From positions 160,001-224,000 of the forward strand of contig CAVYRH010000005.1 in NCBI GenBank assembly GCA_963770835.1: DNA of 64,000 nucleotides, written 5' to 3'. This document shows, piece after piece, positions 8,836 to 20,005 of the stretch. Source of the stretch: an uncultured Pseudomonadota bacterium. Its GTDB lineage: Bacteria; Oederibacteriota; Muellerivitia; Muellerivitales; Muellerivitaceae. The first letter of the stretch is position 1. Every line of letters starts with the position of its first letter. Under the pieces are notes generated by a model. That model made no database searches. It saw only the letters and a list, made by a program, of their open reading frames with translations, and was not told where the DNA came from. Both the position numbers and the translations under genes were made by a program.

Positions 8836-11175
8836 GTGGCAAAAGCCAAAGCGAAAAAAGCTGAAAGTAAAAAACTCGTGATCGTGGAGTCGCCCTCCAA
8901 GGCAAAAACGATTAATAAATATCTCGGCTCCGATTACGTCGTACTGGCCTCCAAGGGCCACTTGATCGATCTACCCAAGAGCAAGTTGGGTGTTGACCTT
9001 GAGCATAACTTCGAACCCCAATACATTCCCATCCGCGGCAAAGCCTCCATCATTAAGGAACTCAAGAAAGCGGCTGGAAAAGCCTCGGCCGTTTACCTGG
9101 CGGCGGACCCGGACCGGGAAGGGGAGGCCATCGGCTGGCACATCCGGAATTTCTTGTCCACCCTACCGACGGTGCCCGTTATTTACCGTTTGCGCCTAAA
9201 CGAGATCACCAAGCCCGCCATCGAGGAAGCCATCAAGTCCCCTAGCGAGGTGGATTTGAACATGGTGAACGCCCAGCAAGCTCGGCGGGTCTTGGACCGC
9301 CTGGTGGGTTACGGCATCAGCCCCCTATTATGGAAAAATATCCGGCGCGGGCTTTCGGCTGGCCGCGTGCAGTCCGTGGCCTTGAGGCTTATTTACGAAC
9401 GGGAGAAGGAGATCGAGGGTTTCAAACCCGTGGAATATTGGACCCTGGAAGCCGATTTCATTATCGAGGACGGACGGGTTATCCGGACCAAGCTGGCCAA
9501 AATCGACGGTGAAAAGCCGGAATTGAAAACCCAAGCCGATACTTTGGCCTTAATCGAACGCATTAAGGCAGCGGATTTCAAGGTTTCGGCGGTTCTGCAT
9601 CGGGAGAAGTCCAAAAAGCCTCCCATGCCCTTTACCACCTCCAAGCTCCAGCAAGAGGCTTATAAGCAACTGCGGTTCGGGGCCCGGAAGACCATGTCCA
9701 TCGCCCAGGGTTTGTATGAAGGTATCGAAATGGGTGAATCGGGCCCTGTAGGCTTGATTACCTATATGCGTACGGATTCCAAGCGCGTTTCCCCCGATGC
9801 AAAGGTGGAAGCCGCCAAGTTCATCCAACAGACCTATGGGGACAAGTACTTGGGCCCCGGTGACCGGGATACTTCCAGCAAGGGGAAAATCCAAGACGCC
9901 CATGAGGCGATCCGGCCCACTTCGGCTTTCCGCACCCCCGACCAGGTAAAAACCTTCCTGACTCCCGAGCAATTCAGGCTTTATAAGCTGATTTGGGAGG
10001 ATTTCATGGCTAGCCAGATGAGCAACGCCATCTACCGGGAAACCAGCGTTGAAATCGCGGGCAATAATGTGGTTTTTAGGGCCAGTGGTACCGAAACCCT
10101 TTTCGACGGTTATACCAAGGTTTATGAGGAAGCCGCTGACGAGGATAAAAAGGAAGGCCAGGGCGAGGGCGAAGAGGGGGAGGGTATCAACCCCAACAAG
10201 CTTTCAGGAATCGCCGAGGGGCAAAAAGCCACATGGAAAGAGCCCTTCCCGGAGCAACATTTTACCCAGCCGCCCCCTCGGTTTACGGACGCCTCCATGG
10301 TGAAGACCCTGGAAGAAATGGGGATTGGGCGTCCTTCCACCTACGCACCGACCCTGGAAACCATCCAGGCGCGGCATTACGTGAAAAAAGAAAACGGCCG
10401 GTTCTTCCTGGCCGAACTAGGAAACCTGGTGCTGGAAATCCTGATGAAGAATTTCCCCGTTATTTTGGATTATGCTTTCACGGCGAAGATGGAAGGGGAA
10501 CTCGACCAGGTGGAATCCGGTGAAATTGAATGGCGCAAGGTTATCGGCGATTTTTACACGCCATTCAAGGACACCCTGGCCGAGGCCGAAAAACTCATAG
10601 GCGAGGAGAAATCGAAGATTGAAGTGGTGACCGACATCCCCTGCGAGAAATGCGGGCAGATGATGATCGTGAAATGGGGTCGCCACGGCAAGTTCCTGGC
10701 TTGTTCCAAGTATCCCGAGTGCCAGAACACCAAGAGCCTCAAGGAAACCACCGATGGTTCCATCCAAGTGGACAAGGATACCATCACGGACGAGAAATGC
10801 CCGAAGTGCGGGGCCGATATGGTGGTCAAGATGGGGCGGTTCGGGAAGTTCCTTGCCTGCTCCAAGTATCCCGAATGTAAAACGGCGAAGCCTATTTCGC
10901 TGGGCATCAAGTGCCCCCTGGGCTGCGGTGGGGAAGTGGTCTCCCGCGGGTCGCGCCGGGGAGTTTTTTACGGTTGCAACAAATACCCGGACTGCAAATT
11001 CATTTCCTGGTACAAGCCAGTCAACCGGCCCTGCCCCCAATGTGCCAGTCCTTACTTGGTGGACAAGTACCTCAAGACCCTTGGGCCCCACATCGCCTGT
11101 CCGAATAAGGAATGCGATTACAAAGAATTCCCGAAGTCCGAAGCACCCGCGGTTGAGGCCGCTCCAGCCACGTAA
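8836..11175 (+). CDS. topA: DNA topoisomerase I with C-terminal C4 zinc ribbons
   Basis: IVESPSKAKTI, DPDREGEAI, SAGRVQS, ITYMRTDS, GIGRPSTY and repeated CPKCG...FLACSKYPEC ribbons. Confidence 0.97.
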   Translation: MAKAKAKKAESKKLVIVESPSKAKTINKYLGSDYVVLASKGHLIDLPKSKLGVDLEHNFEPQYIPIRGKASIIKELKKAAGKASAVYLAADPDREGEAIGWHIRNFLSTLPTVPVIYRLRLNEITKPAIEEAIKSPSEVDLNMVNAQQARRVLDRLVGYGISPLLWKNIRRGLSAGRVQSVALRLIYEREKEIEGFKPVEYWTLEADFIIEDGRVIRTKLAKIDGEKPELKTQADTLALIERIKAADFKVSAVLHREKSKKPPMPFTTSKLQQEAYKQLRFGARKTMSIAQGLYEGIEMGESGPVGLITYMRTDSKRVSPDAKVEAAKFIQQTYGDKYLGPGDRDTSSKGKIQDAHEAIRPTSAFRTPDQVKTFLTPEQFRLYKLIWEDFMASQMSNAIYRETSVEIAGNNVVFRASGTETLFDGYTKVYEEAADEDKKEGQGEGEEGEGINPNKLSGIAEGQKATWKEPFPEQHFTQPPPRFTDASMVKTLEEMGIGRPSTYAPTLETIQARHYVKKENGRFFLAELGNLVLEILMKNFPVILDYAFTAKMEGELDQVESGEIEWRKVIGDFYTPFKDTLAEAEKLIGEEKSKIEVVTDIPCEKCGQMMIVKWGRHGKFLACSKYPECQNTKSLKETTDGSIQVDKDTITDEKCPKCGADMVVKMGRFGKFLACSKYPECKTAKPISLGIKCPLGCGGEVVSRGSRRGVFYGCNKYPDCKFISWYKPVNRPCPQCASPYLVDKYLKTLGPHIACPNKECDYKEFPKSEAPAVEAAPAT

Positions 11176-11295
11176 ATCATTGATGGTTTGCGCTTTTCTT
11201 TGGTTTTTATAAACTGGAATTGCTTCCTCATTTTCGCCCGCCTATTCGGCAGGCATTTCTCGCAATGACAACAATTAAATATTTGGGAGAAACTT

Positions 11296-12159
11296 TTGAA
11301 GGAATCCATCCAAAAAGCCAAAATCCTCGTTGAGGCTTTTCCCTATATCAAACAATGGGCTGGGCGCACTGTTGTCGTCAAATACGGTGGAAGCACCCGG
11401 GGTGGCATTGAAGAACTGGAAAACACCTTGCAGGACATCGTCCTAATGAAATTCGTCGGCATGAGACCGGTGGTGGTCCACGGCGGTGGCAAGGACATCA
11501 CCCGGGCTATGGAAAAGTTGGGAATCCACTCTCAATTCGTGGACGGGCTCCGGGTGACGGATCTTTCGGCCATGAAAGTGGTCGAAAAAGTACTTGGCGG
11601 CACAATCAACAAAGAACTGGTGGCTTTGATCCAAAAGTTAGGAGGGCAGGCAGTGGGGCTTTCCGGCAAGGATGCCGCCATGTTGCAGGCTTCCCGGGTT
11701 AAATCCAAATCGGGTAAGGACATTGGCTACGTCGGCAGGGTTTCCAAGGTAAATACGGCTGTCCTACAAAGCATGGACCGGGAAAAGTTCATCCCCGTGA
11801 TTGCTCCCATGGGTTTGGGGAAGGATGGACACACTTACAATGTTAACGCCGATGAGGCAGCTGGCGCCATTGCCGGCGGCCTCAAGGCGGAAAAGCTCGT
11901 TTTTTTGACCGATGTACCCGGGATTTGTAAAAAGAAGGAGGATCCCCAAACCCTCCTATCAACAATCAAAGTGCGGGAAGTGCCAAAACTCTTGAAGAAC
12001 GGCGTCATCTCTGGCGGCATGATTCCTAAGATTGAGGCCTGTCTTCACGCTTTGAAGTCCGGAGTTCATAAAACCCACATTATTGACGGCACCCTGCCGC
12101 ATGCTCTGCTCTTGGAAATCTTTACCCCCCAAGGCGTTGGAACTGAAATCATCCCTTAA
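11296..12159 (+). CDS. argB: Acetylglutamate kinase
   Basis: VVKYGG, VVHGGG, GLRVTD, NVNAD, LTDVPG, GGMIPK and LLLEIFT. Confidence 0.95.
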   Translation: MKESIQKAKILVEAFPYIKQWAGRTVVVKYGGSTRGGIEELENTLQDIVLMKFVGMRPVVVHGGGKDITRAMEKLGIHSQFVDGLRVTDLSAMKVVEKVLGGTINKELVALIQKLGGQAVGLSGKDAAMLQASRVKSKSGKDIGYVGRVSKVNTAVLQSMDREKFIPVIAPMGLGKDGHTYNVNADEAAGAIAGGLKAEKLVFLTDVPGICKKKEDPQTLLSTIKVREVPKLLKNGVISGGMIPKIEACLHALKSGVHKTHIIDGTLPHALLLEIFTPQGVGTEIIP

Positions 12160-12245
12160 ATTGCAGGCCAATGAAGTTTCTCACTGTTTTTCCTTTTTAA
12201 GTTACCTAGCCCTTGCGGGTTCTTTTCATTAGACCCTCCTACCTA

Positions 12246-12254
12246 TGGTATAAT
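12246..12254 (+). promoter_or_regulatory. Extended -10 element upstream of nrdR
   Basis: TGGTATAAT, 42 nt before the nrdR ATG, which is preceded by GAGGAG. Confidence 0.55.
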
Positions 12255-12296
12255 TCGCCCACTTGAAGATACCCACTACCGGTTGAGGAGCCGCTG

Positions 12297-12758
12297 ATGA
12301 AGTGCCCCTTTTGTGGACATCAGGAAGACAAGGTCATGGATTCCCGACCCAGCAAGGGTGGATCGGCGATCCGCCGCCGCCGTGAATGCCTAAAGTGCGA
12401 GAAGCGGTTTACCACCTACGAGCAGATAGAAGAAATCCTGCCAATGGTAGTAAAGCGGGACGGGCGCCGCGAGCCTTTTGACCGCCTGAAAATTGTGGCG
12501 GGTGTCCGCAAGGCCGTGGAAAAGCGGCCCGTTTCCTCGGAAAAGATCGAAGCGCTTGTAGATGACATCGAGAACGCCTTGATGGAGCGCGCGGCCAAGG
12601 AGATCAATTCCACGGAAATTGGGGAAATGGTCATGAACCGCCTAAAGGAACTGGACGACGTGGCCTATGTGCGCTTCGCCAGCGTCTACCGCCAGTTCAA
12701 GGACATCAACGCCTTCATGGATGAAGTGAAGAAGCTCCTGAACCGTAAAAACACCTGA
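12297..12758 (+). CDS. nrdR: Transcriptional repressor NrdR
   Basis: [27 protein letters not shown] cone and [10 protein letters not shown]. Confidence 0.97.
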   Translation: MKCPFCGHQEDKVMDSRPSKGGSAIRRRRECLKCEKRFTTYEQIEEILPMVVKRDGRREPFDRLKIVAGVRKAVEKRPVSSEKIEALVDDIENALMERAAKEINSTEIGEMVMNRLKELDDVAYVRFASVYRQFKDINAFMDEVKKLLNRKNT

Positions 12759-12832
12759 TAGTTCGTAAACCGCAGTTGGCAGCAACGTCGAACTTTTTTA
12801 AAACCCATGAAAAAAATAGAGAGGCATAAACA

Positions 12833-14143
12833 ATGGCGAATATTATTCCTTTTCGCGGAATCCGCTATGGCGTGACCGGTTCCAGCCGCTTGGCCAAGGT
12901 GATGGCTCCCCCTTACGACGTCATTTCCACCCAGCAAAAACAACAATTGAAAGCCGCGGATCCCACCAACGTGATCCGCCTTATTATCGGCAATCCCAGC
13001 CATGAAACCCACGGGCCCGCGGATTATCAATACGCGAAAAAAGCCTTCGCCGACTGGCGGAAAAAGAACGTGCTGAAGCGGGATGCCGAGCCTTCCATTT
13101 ATGTATACCAGCAGACCTTCTCGTTTCATGGAAAAACCTTCCACCGAACCGGGTTCATCGCTCTTTCCCAACTGACCCCCTTCGGGAATAAAAAAGGAGG
13201 CATCCTAGCCCACGAACATACCTTGAGCGGGCCCAAGGCCGACCGCTTGAAACTGATGAAAGCCTGCCATGCCAATTTCAGCTGTATCTTTTCCCTTTAT
13301 CCCGACAAGGGTGGGGTGGGGAAGGTGTTGAAGCAAATCACGGTTAAGAAGCCGGATGTCAGCGTGGATTTTCCTAAGGATATTCAGAACCGTGTTTGGG
13401 AGGCTTCGGAACCGAAAGTTGTTAAGGAAATTCAACGTAGAATCAAAGCCGCCACTCTTTTCATCGCCGACGGTCATCATCGTTATGAGACGGCCTTAGC
13501 CTACCAGGCTTTTCGTTCGAAGGGCTCCAAAGGCAAGACGGGATCACGTCCCTTTGATTATGTCCAGATGATGTTCGTGGCTATGGAAGACCCGGGGTTG
13601 GTCATCTTGCCCACCCACCGGATGCTGCCCAAACGGCATATTTCCTCACCCGCCCTTTTGTTGAGCCGTCTTTCTTCCTTGGGGGAGATTCACGAATACA
13701 AGAAACCCTTGAATGGTTTGGCGCCCTGGCAGTGGATGGAAAAACTAGGAAAGAAACAACTGACCATTGGCCTGTCGTTCGACGGGAAGAAACTTTTCGC
13801 GCTTCAGTTTTCCAAGTTGGTCGTAAGATCCCCGCTCTTAAAGGATGTTTCGGACGCCCAAAAGAAATTAGATGTCACTTTGTTACATCGTCTGATTCTG
13901 GAGCCCTTTTTTGGAATTACCAAAGAAAAGGTGGAGCATGAAATTTCCTTCACCAGCAAGGCGGAGGAGGCGGTGGAACGGCTTCGTAAAAAGGAATTTG
14001 CCGCGACTTTCTTTTTAAACCCGACTCGGATAGATCAATTGAGGGAAGTGGCTTTAAAACAGGAACGGATGCCCCAAAAGTCCACTTACTTCTATCCCAA
14101 GCTTGTCACCGGGCTTGTCTTCAATGATTTGGATTCTTTCTGA
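12833..14143 (+). CDS. DUF1015 family protein
   Basis: IIPFRGIRY, APPYDVI, HEHT, IADGHHRYETA and MPQKSTYFYPKLVTGL. Confidence 0.88.
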   Translation: MANIIPFRGIRYGVTGSSRLAKVMAPPYDVISTQQKQQLKAADPTNVIRLIIGNPSHETHGPADYQYAKKAFADWRKKNVLKRDAEPSIYVYQQTFSFHGKTFHRTGFIALSQLTPFGNKKGGILAHEHTLSGPKADRLKLMKACHANFSCIFSLYPDKGGVGKVLKQITVKKPDVSVDFPKDIQNRVWEASEPKVVKEIQRRIKAATLFIADGHHRYETALAYQAFRSKGSKGKTGSRPFDYVQMMFVAMEDPGLVILPTHRMLPKRHISSPALLLSRLSSLGEIHEYKKPLNGLAPWQWMEKLGKKQLTIGLSFDGKKLFALQFSKLVVRSPLLKDVSDAQKKLDVTLLHRLILEPFFGITKEKVEHEISFTSKAEEAVERLRKKEFAATFFLNPTRIDQLREVALKQERMPQKSTYFYPKLVTGLVFNDLDSF

Positions 14144-14254
14144 CCCTATCGAATCTCCACCCTTCCGCTTGAATTAACAGGGAAATGCTTGCTTGCGGAA
14201 GCGGCCCAAATGTAGAATCTTCGCTCGTTTCAGCCCATTCTTACACTAATTTGA

Positions 14255-15556
<1,302 letters not shown>

Positions 15557-15685
15557 CCAAGGATTAGGGCGGTTTTTGGCCGCGGGTTAACCGGATCAAT
15601 ACGGATAAGGCTTAAAAAATCCGTTGGGTCTATGTTAATCTGTGGCCAATTCTTTTGCCTTTTTTAATCCCCGAGGAGAGGTTCT

Positions 15686-16606
15686 GTGGCCACCGCTGTT
15701 TTCAATCCACCCCGAATCTATGAAAGCGTCACGGAGTTGGTGGGAAGGACGCCCCTCCTTCTGATCGATAACCACGACGTGCCGGGTGTGGAAATTTGGG
15801 CCAAGTTGGAAGCCTACAATCCGGGCCGTTCGGTCAAGGACCGGCCCGCCCTTCGAATGATCCAGGAAGGTATCCGCACCGGGAAGCTGACTAAGGACAA
15901 AACCATTCTCGACGCCACCTCGGGCAACACCGGCATCGCTTATGCCTGGATCGGGGCGGCCTTGGGATTCAAGGTTGCCTTAGCGATTCCCGCCAATGTC
16001 AGCGAGGAGCGAAAACGCATCCTTAAATCATTCAACGCTGAAGTGCATTTTTCCAGTGAGATGGATGGTTCCGACGGCGCCATACTTCTCGCCCGCGAAC
16101 TCTACAAAAAAAATCCCGAGAAATATTTCGTCCCCGACCAGTACAACAATCCCGAAAATCCAAAAGCCCATATATTGAGTACGGCCGAAGAGATCATGGA
16201 ACACCTGAAAGACAAAATTACGCATTTCGCGGCAACTATCGGGACCAGCGGCACCTTGATGGGAACCGGCAAGCGGATTAAAGAAATCAAATCCTCAGTG
16301 AAGATTGTCGCCCTGGAACCTTCCCAACCGTTTCATGGACTCGAGGGGTTGAAACACATGGCGTCCTCGATTGTGCCGGGAATCTACGACCCCAAAGCCT
16401 ACGATCAAAATATCCCGATCGATACCGATGAGGCTTACGAGTGGGTGAAAAAACTGGCTCGCAGGGAAGGCGTCTTGGTGGGCCTTTCTTCAGGAGGCGC
16501 CATGGCGGGCTGCGTTCAATTGGCCAAGCAGATCAAACAAGGATGTATCGTGACCGTCTTTCCCGATTCAGGGGATAAGTACCTTTCCACAAGGGTTTGG
16601 GAGTAG
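15686..16606 (+). CDS. PLP-dependent cysteine synthase family protein (CysM/CysK-like)
   Basis: KLEAYNPGRSVKDR, ATSGNTG, GTSGT and DSGDKYLST. Adjacent to a Mec-like JAMM gene, which favours CysM. Confidence 0.9.
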   Translation: MATAVFNPPRIYESVTELVGRTPLLLIDNHDVPGVEIWAKLEAYNPGRSVKDRPALRMIQEGIRTGKLTKDKTILDATSGNTGIAYAWIGAALGFKVALAIPANVSEERKRILKSFNAEVHFSSEMDGSDGAILLARELYKKNPEKYFVPDQYNNPENPKAHILSTAEEIMEHLKDKITHFAATIGTSGTLMGTGKRIKEIKSSVKIVALEPSQPFHGLEGLKHMASSIVPGIYDPKAYDQNIPIDTDEAYEWVKKLARREGVLVGLSSGGAMAGCVQLAKQIKQGCIVTVFPDSGDKYLSTRVWE

Positions 16607-16610
16607 TCGC

Positions 16611-17018
16611 ATGGTTACTTTTAAACCGGAAGCCCGAACTCAAATGATTTCGATCGGCGAAAAGGGTTACCCCCATGAAATTTGTGGCCTCATGCTGGGC
16701 AAAGCCGATGAGACTCGGATTGTCAGTGAGGTTTTTGAGTGTGGAAATCTGAACAAACTCAAACCGGAAATCCGCTACGATTTGGACCCTAAAGATTATA
16801 TTAAGGGGGAAGCCTTGGCCCGCCAGAAGGGACTGGACGTCGTCGGTATCTTTCATTCCCATCCCGACCATCCTGACAAGGCTTCTGAGACCGACCGACA
16901 GGCGGCCTGGCCTGGTTTTTCCTACGTCATTATGTCCATCCAAAAGGGGAAGTTTGCTTCGATGAAGTCCTGGGTTTTGAACAACCAGTCACAATTCGAT
17001 GAAGAACCTATCGGTTGA
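16611..17018 (+). CDS. JAMM/MPN+ (M67) metallopeptidase, Mec-like
   Basis: YPHEICGLMLG and the JAMM motif FHSHPDHPDKASETD. Confidence 0.9.
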   Translation: MVTFKPEARTQMISIGEKGYPHEICGLMLGKADETRIVSEVFECGNLNKLKPEIRYDLDPKDYIKGEALARQKGLDVVGIFHSHPDHPDKASETDRQAAWPGFSYVIMSIQKGKFASMKSWVLNNQSQFDEEPIG

Positions 17019-17024
17019 TAGGTC

Positions 17025-17141
17025 ATGATTTGGCTCGGCATGACCGTTGTGGCCATTTTTTTCAACGCCTTTTGGAGCGTCCTCTTCAAAAAATCCCTTG
17101 AACATCTTTCTGCCCACCCTCTTTTAGCGGCTTTCGCTTAA
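17025..17141 (+). pseudogene. 38-aa N-terminal fragment of an EamA/DMT paralog
   Basis: Translated by hand: MIWLGMTVVAIFFNAFWSVLFKKSLEHLSAHPLLAAFA*. It aligns with the N-terminus of the next gene (FNAFW vs FNALW). Its TAA overlaps the next ATG (TAATG). Confidence 0.55.
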
Positions 17142-17959
17142 TGTGGGCTCTCTATGCCCTGGGGTCGGGCATCTTTAACGCCCTTTGGACGGCCCGAATC
17201 AAACCGAATGTCCAAAAAGAAGGAGCCTTGCCCTTTACGGCTTCCATCCGGTGGGGTGTCGTCCTTCTATTGCTTCCCCTCACGATTGTGCACTGGAAAC
17301 CTGTTTCGGTCCAATGGTGGATCTTTACCCTTTTAAGCGGGGTCTTTGAATCCCTAAGCGTTTGGGCGCTGGCCAAGGGTGCGAGAAGGGATTATTACTC
17401 CAGCTATGCCCTGAGTAATATCACGCCCCTCTTCGTGTTTTTCGCGGCTCACCTCTTCCTGGGGGAAGCCATCACCTTTTGGTTGGGTCTGGGGGTTGGT
17501 TTTGTGGTTGTAGGGATCCTTTGGCTTTACTACCGAGGACATTGGTCCTGGTGGGGCTTTATCACGGCCGTCATCGGAACCTTCAGCAGTCTTTTCAGTA
17601 AAAAGGTAATCGGACAAGCCGATCCTATCACCCATGCCTGTGTTTCCTTCGCCATGGGAGCGACCTTTTGTACTTTGCTTTCCATGAGGGAAAGGGAGAA
17701 GCTTCCCGAGGTCATCCAAATTCTCAAAAATATTTGGGCCCATCGTTACCTGACTGTGGGCTCGGCCTTGGCCACCTGGTTTTTTTACATGTCCCTGTTT
17801 CTTGCGCCACTCAACCGCATGAGTCCTTTGGTGCGGATCAATATCATCGTGGGATTTCTTTTAAGTGTTTTTCACCTGAAAGAAAGCCATGATTGGAAGG
17901 GAAGGGGTTTTGGCGCTATATTGATCCTTCTGGGCCTTGTCCTGGTCCTAATCCAATAG
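17141..17959 (+). CDS. EamA/DMT family transporter
   Basis: About 10 hydrophobic segments in two repeats. PLFVFFAAHLFLGE and LSVFHLKE resemble DMT repeat ends. Confidence 0.75.
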   Translation: MWALYALGSGIFNALWTARIKPNVQKEGALPFTASIRWGVVLLLLPLTIVHWKPVSVQWWIFTLLSGVFESLSVWALAKGARRDYYSSYALSNITPLFVFFAAHLFLGEAITFWLGLGVGFVVVGILWLYYRGHWSWWGFITAVIGTFSSLFSKKVIGQADPITHACVSFAMGATFCTLLSMREREKLPEVIQILKNIWAHRYLTVGSALATWFFYMSLFLAPLNRMSPLVRINIIVGFLLSVFHLKESHDWKGRGFGAILILLGLVLVLIQ

Positions 17960-17968
17960 GAGACGCTT

Positions 17969-18382
17969 GTGAAATCATTGACCGAATACATATGGTTCAA
18001 TACCAAAAAACACCGGGAATACATCAACATCACCCTCGACGTGGAAAAAGCGGTGAAGAAGAGCGGGATTCAAGAAGGAATGGTTCTAGTTTCGGCCATG
18101 CATATCACGGCCGGGGTTTACGTTAACGACGCGGAAGATGGACTGATCGCCGATATCGATGAATGGCTGGAAAAACTGGCGCCTTACCGGGAGAATTACC
18201 GGCATCATTTGACCGGTGAGACAAACGGTGATTCCCACTTGAAAAGCCTCTTGGTGCACCATGAGGTCATCGTGCCGGTGACGGGCGGGAAATTGGATTT
18301 CGGCCCTTGGCAGCAGATTTACTATGCCGAATTTGACGGTCAACGCAAAAAGCGCCTGATCATCAAAGTGATTGGGGAATAA
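17969..18382 (+). CDS. yjbQ: YjbQ/UPF0047 family protein
   Basis: [13 protein letters not shown] and [14 protein letters not shown]. Confidence 0.9.
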   Translation: MKSLTEYIWFNTKKHREYINITLDVEKAVKKSGIQEGMVLVSAMHITAGVYVNDAEDGLIADIDEWLEKLAPYRENYRHHLTGETNGDSHLKSLLVHHEVIVPVTGGKLDFGPWQQIYYAEFDGQRKKRLIIKVIGE

Positions 18383-18678
18383 TGCAAACCAGTGAACCAA
18401 AGTTTGAAAAATATGTTTTTGTGTGCATCAACGAGCGCCCGGCTGGTGAAAGGGTTTCTTGTGGTGGAACCTTCTGCGGTAAGGAACTTTCGGAAAGACT
18501 TAAAGACGCCGTGAAAACAGCTGGACAGGCAAAACGTATCCGTGTATCCAAAACCAAATGTCTGGATGTGTGCGAGGAGGGCCCCAATGTCCTGGTTTAT
18601 CCCGATAATGTTTGGTTTAAACAGGTGGAATTGACGGATATTCCGGCCATTCTTGCCAAACTTGGAATCCGGCCGTAA
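18382..18678 (+). CDS. Thioredoxin-like [2Fe-2S] ferredoxin
   Basis: VFVCINER, SCG and KCLDVCEEGPNVLVYPDNVWF. Confidence 0.85.
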   Translation: MQTSEPKFEKYVFVCINERPAGERVSCGGTFCGKELSERLKDAVKTAGQAKRIRVSKTKCLDVCEEGPNVLVYPDNVWFKQVELTDIPAILAKLGIRP

Positions 18679-18721
18679 AGTAAGAAAAGATTTTTTGAAT
18701 CAATGCTGACAATTAAAACGT

Positions 18722-19063
18722 GGGGGTGACCGGTTTCGACTGGGAAACTGAACTTTTGGGTGCGTGTCGAGGCGCCATCGCTCGTCAAACATGGCAACGG
18801 TTTAACTGCCGACAATCAGTTAGCTCTGGCCGCTTAAGCGGTTAGCGTTTCGCCCTTGATGCCTATTAGGGGGAGGAAACGTATGCAGTAGGCTGGTCCG
18901 GATCAGGCTTGTTCCACCGATGGCCGGACGAGATTCAATGGGACTGGCTCTCCGCCGGCCGCTCGGGAGCGAGCGGGGGGCGAGACTCTTTCCTGAGCTA
19001 CGCACGTAGGGCCCATTACGGATGTTTTTCAGGACGTGGGTTCGATTCCCACCACCTCCACCA
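18722..19063 (+). ncRNA. ssrA: tmRNA with tag reading frame ADNQLALAA* (18808-18837)
   Basis: 5' GGGGGTGACCGGTTTCGAC pairs with 3' CACCTCC-ACCA, including a G3-U wobble. T-arm GTGGGTTCGATTCCCAC. The tag ends in ALAA. Confidence 0.96.
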
Positions 19064-19126
19064 TTTTATCGTTCCCGCCTGGCAATAGATCGGCAAGGGT
19101 TTTTTTATTAATTAATGGTGAACCGC

Positions 19127-19672
19127 ATGAAAATATTAAAAATGATTTTCATCGTCTTGGTTGTTTTTATTATTGCTTTCGTTATGGTCGGATTTTTACT
19201 ACCCACAAAATGGAAGGTCGAACGTTCCATTGTGGTTAATGCTCCTGTCAGCGTGATCTATCCTCTCGTGGCCAATTTTAAAGCGGGCTGGCCCCAATGG
19301 AGTGCCTTTGACTTTGAAGATCCCTCGATCCAGTACAGTTATTCGGGACCGGATGAGGGGATTGGAGCAACCCGGTCTTGGGTTTCGAAGAAAATGGGGG
19401 ATGGTTCCCAAAGCATTACCGGAGCCGACCCGGCCGTCGGTGTTACTTTCCAACTTCAAATGACGCAAAACAGCTTTTCATTGAACGGCAAAATTACCTT
19501 TGAACCGACGGCGACGGGGACCAAAGTAACATGGACGGATTTTGGTGATGCCGGCAACAATTTGATGTTCCGTTATATGGCCACTTTGATGGATAAGATG
19601 ATGGGTGCCACTTTTGAAAAAAGCCTGTTTGTTCTCAAACAAAAATCGGAATCCGTTACCCCGCATCTCTAA
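19127..19672 (+). CDS. SRPBCC/START-like (polyketide cyclase family) protein with N-terminal membrane anchor
   Basis: N-terminal transmembrane helix, then LLP..VERSIVVNAP, WPQWSAF, GIGA..SW and TKVTW. Alternative start at 19115. Confidence 0.8.
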   Translation: MKILKMIFIVLVVFIIAFVMVGFLLPTKWKVERSIVVNAPVSVIYPLVANFKAGWPQWSAFDFEDPSIQYSYSGPDEGIGATRSWVSKKMGDGSQSITGADPAVGVTFQLQMTQNSFSLNGKITFEPTATGTKVTWTDFGDAGNNLMFRYMATLMDKMMGATFEKSLFVLKQKSESVTPHL

Positions 19673-19861
19673 GCTCCGATTTCTTTAAGACCCCACCACT
19701 GAGCAGTATTTCGATCGTGCCCCGCCATAAAATTCGATAATCGTTTGTACACGTTTGAATTGGCGAAGTCTTTTTTTGTGTTTTAAAAAGGTGATATTCG
19801 TCATAAAAGAATTGCACGGCTAGTCTTACTCTTTGGCGAGATTTAACGTTTTAAACATTCC

Positions 19862-19888
19862 TTAAGTTTCAGAACGAACTGTCGTTAG
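19862..19888 (+). promoter_or_regulatory. Candidate sigma28 (FliA) promoter
   Basis: TTAAGTTT-N11-GTCGTTAG against consensus TAAAGTTT-N11-GCCGATAA (7/8 and 5/8 matches, exact spacing). Confidence 0.4.
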
Positions 19889-20005
19889 AAGTTAGCAGCA
19901 AGTTTGTCAAACCGAAAGCCGGGCAGTTTGAACTTTGAAAAGATTAGGGCTTTTGTTAAACTATTTCGGCTTTCCCACCTTATGAATAAAAAGAGGCCAT
20001 CCTTC

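Noticed and set aside
19040..19700. Integrated element at the tmRNA 3' end, with the SRPBCC gene as cargo
   Set aside because: Only an 8-nt echo of the tmRNA end (CCCACCAC near 19692) and no integrase; too short to call an att site.
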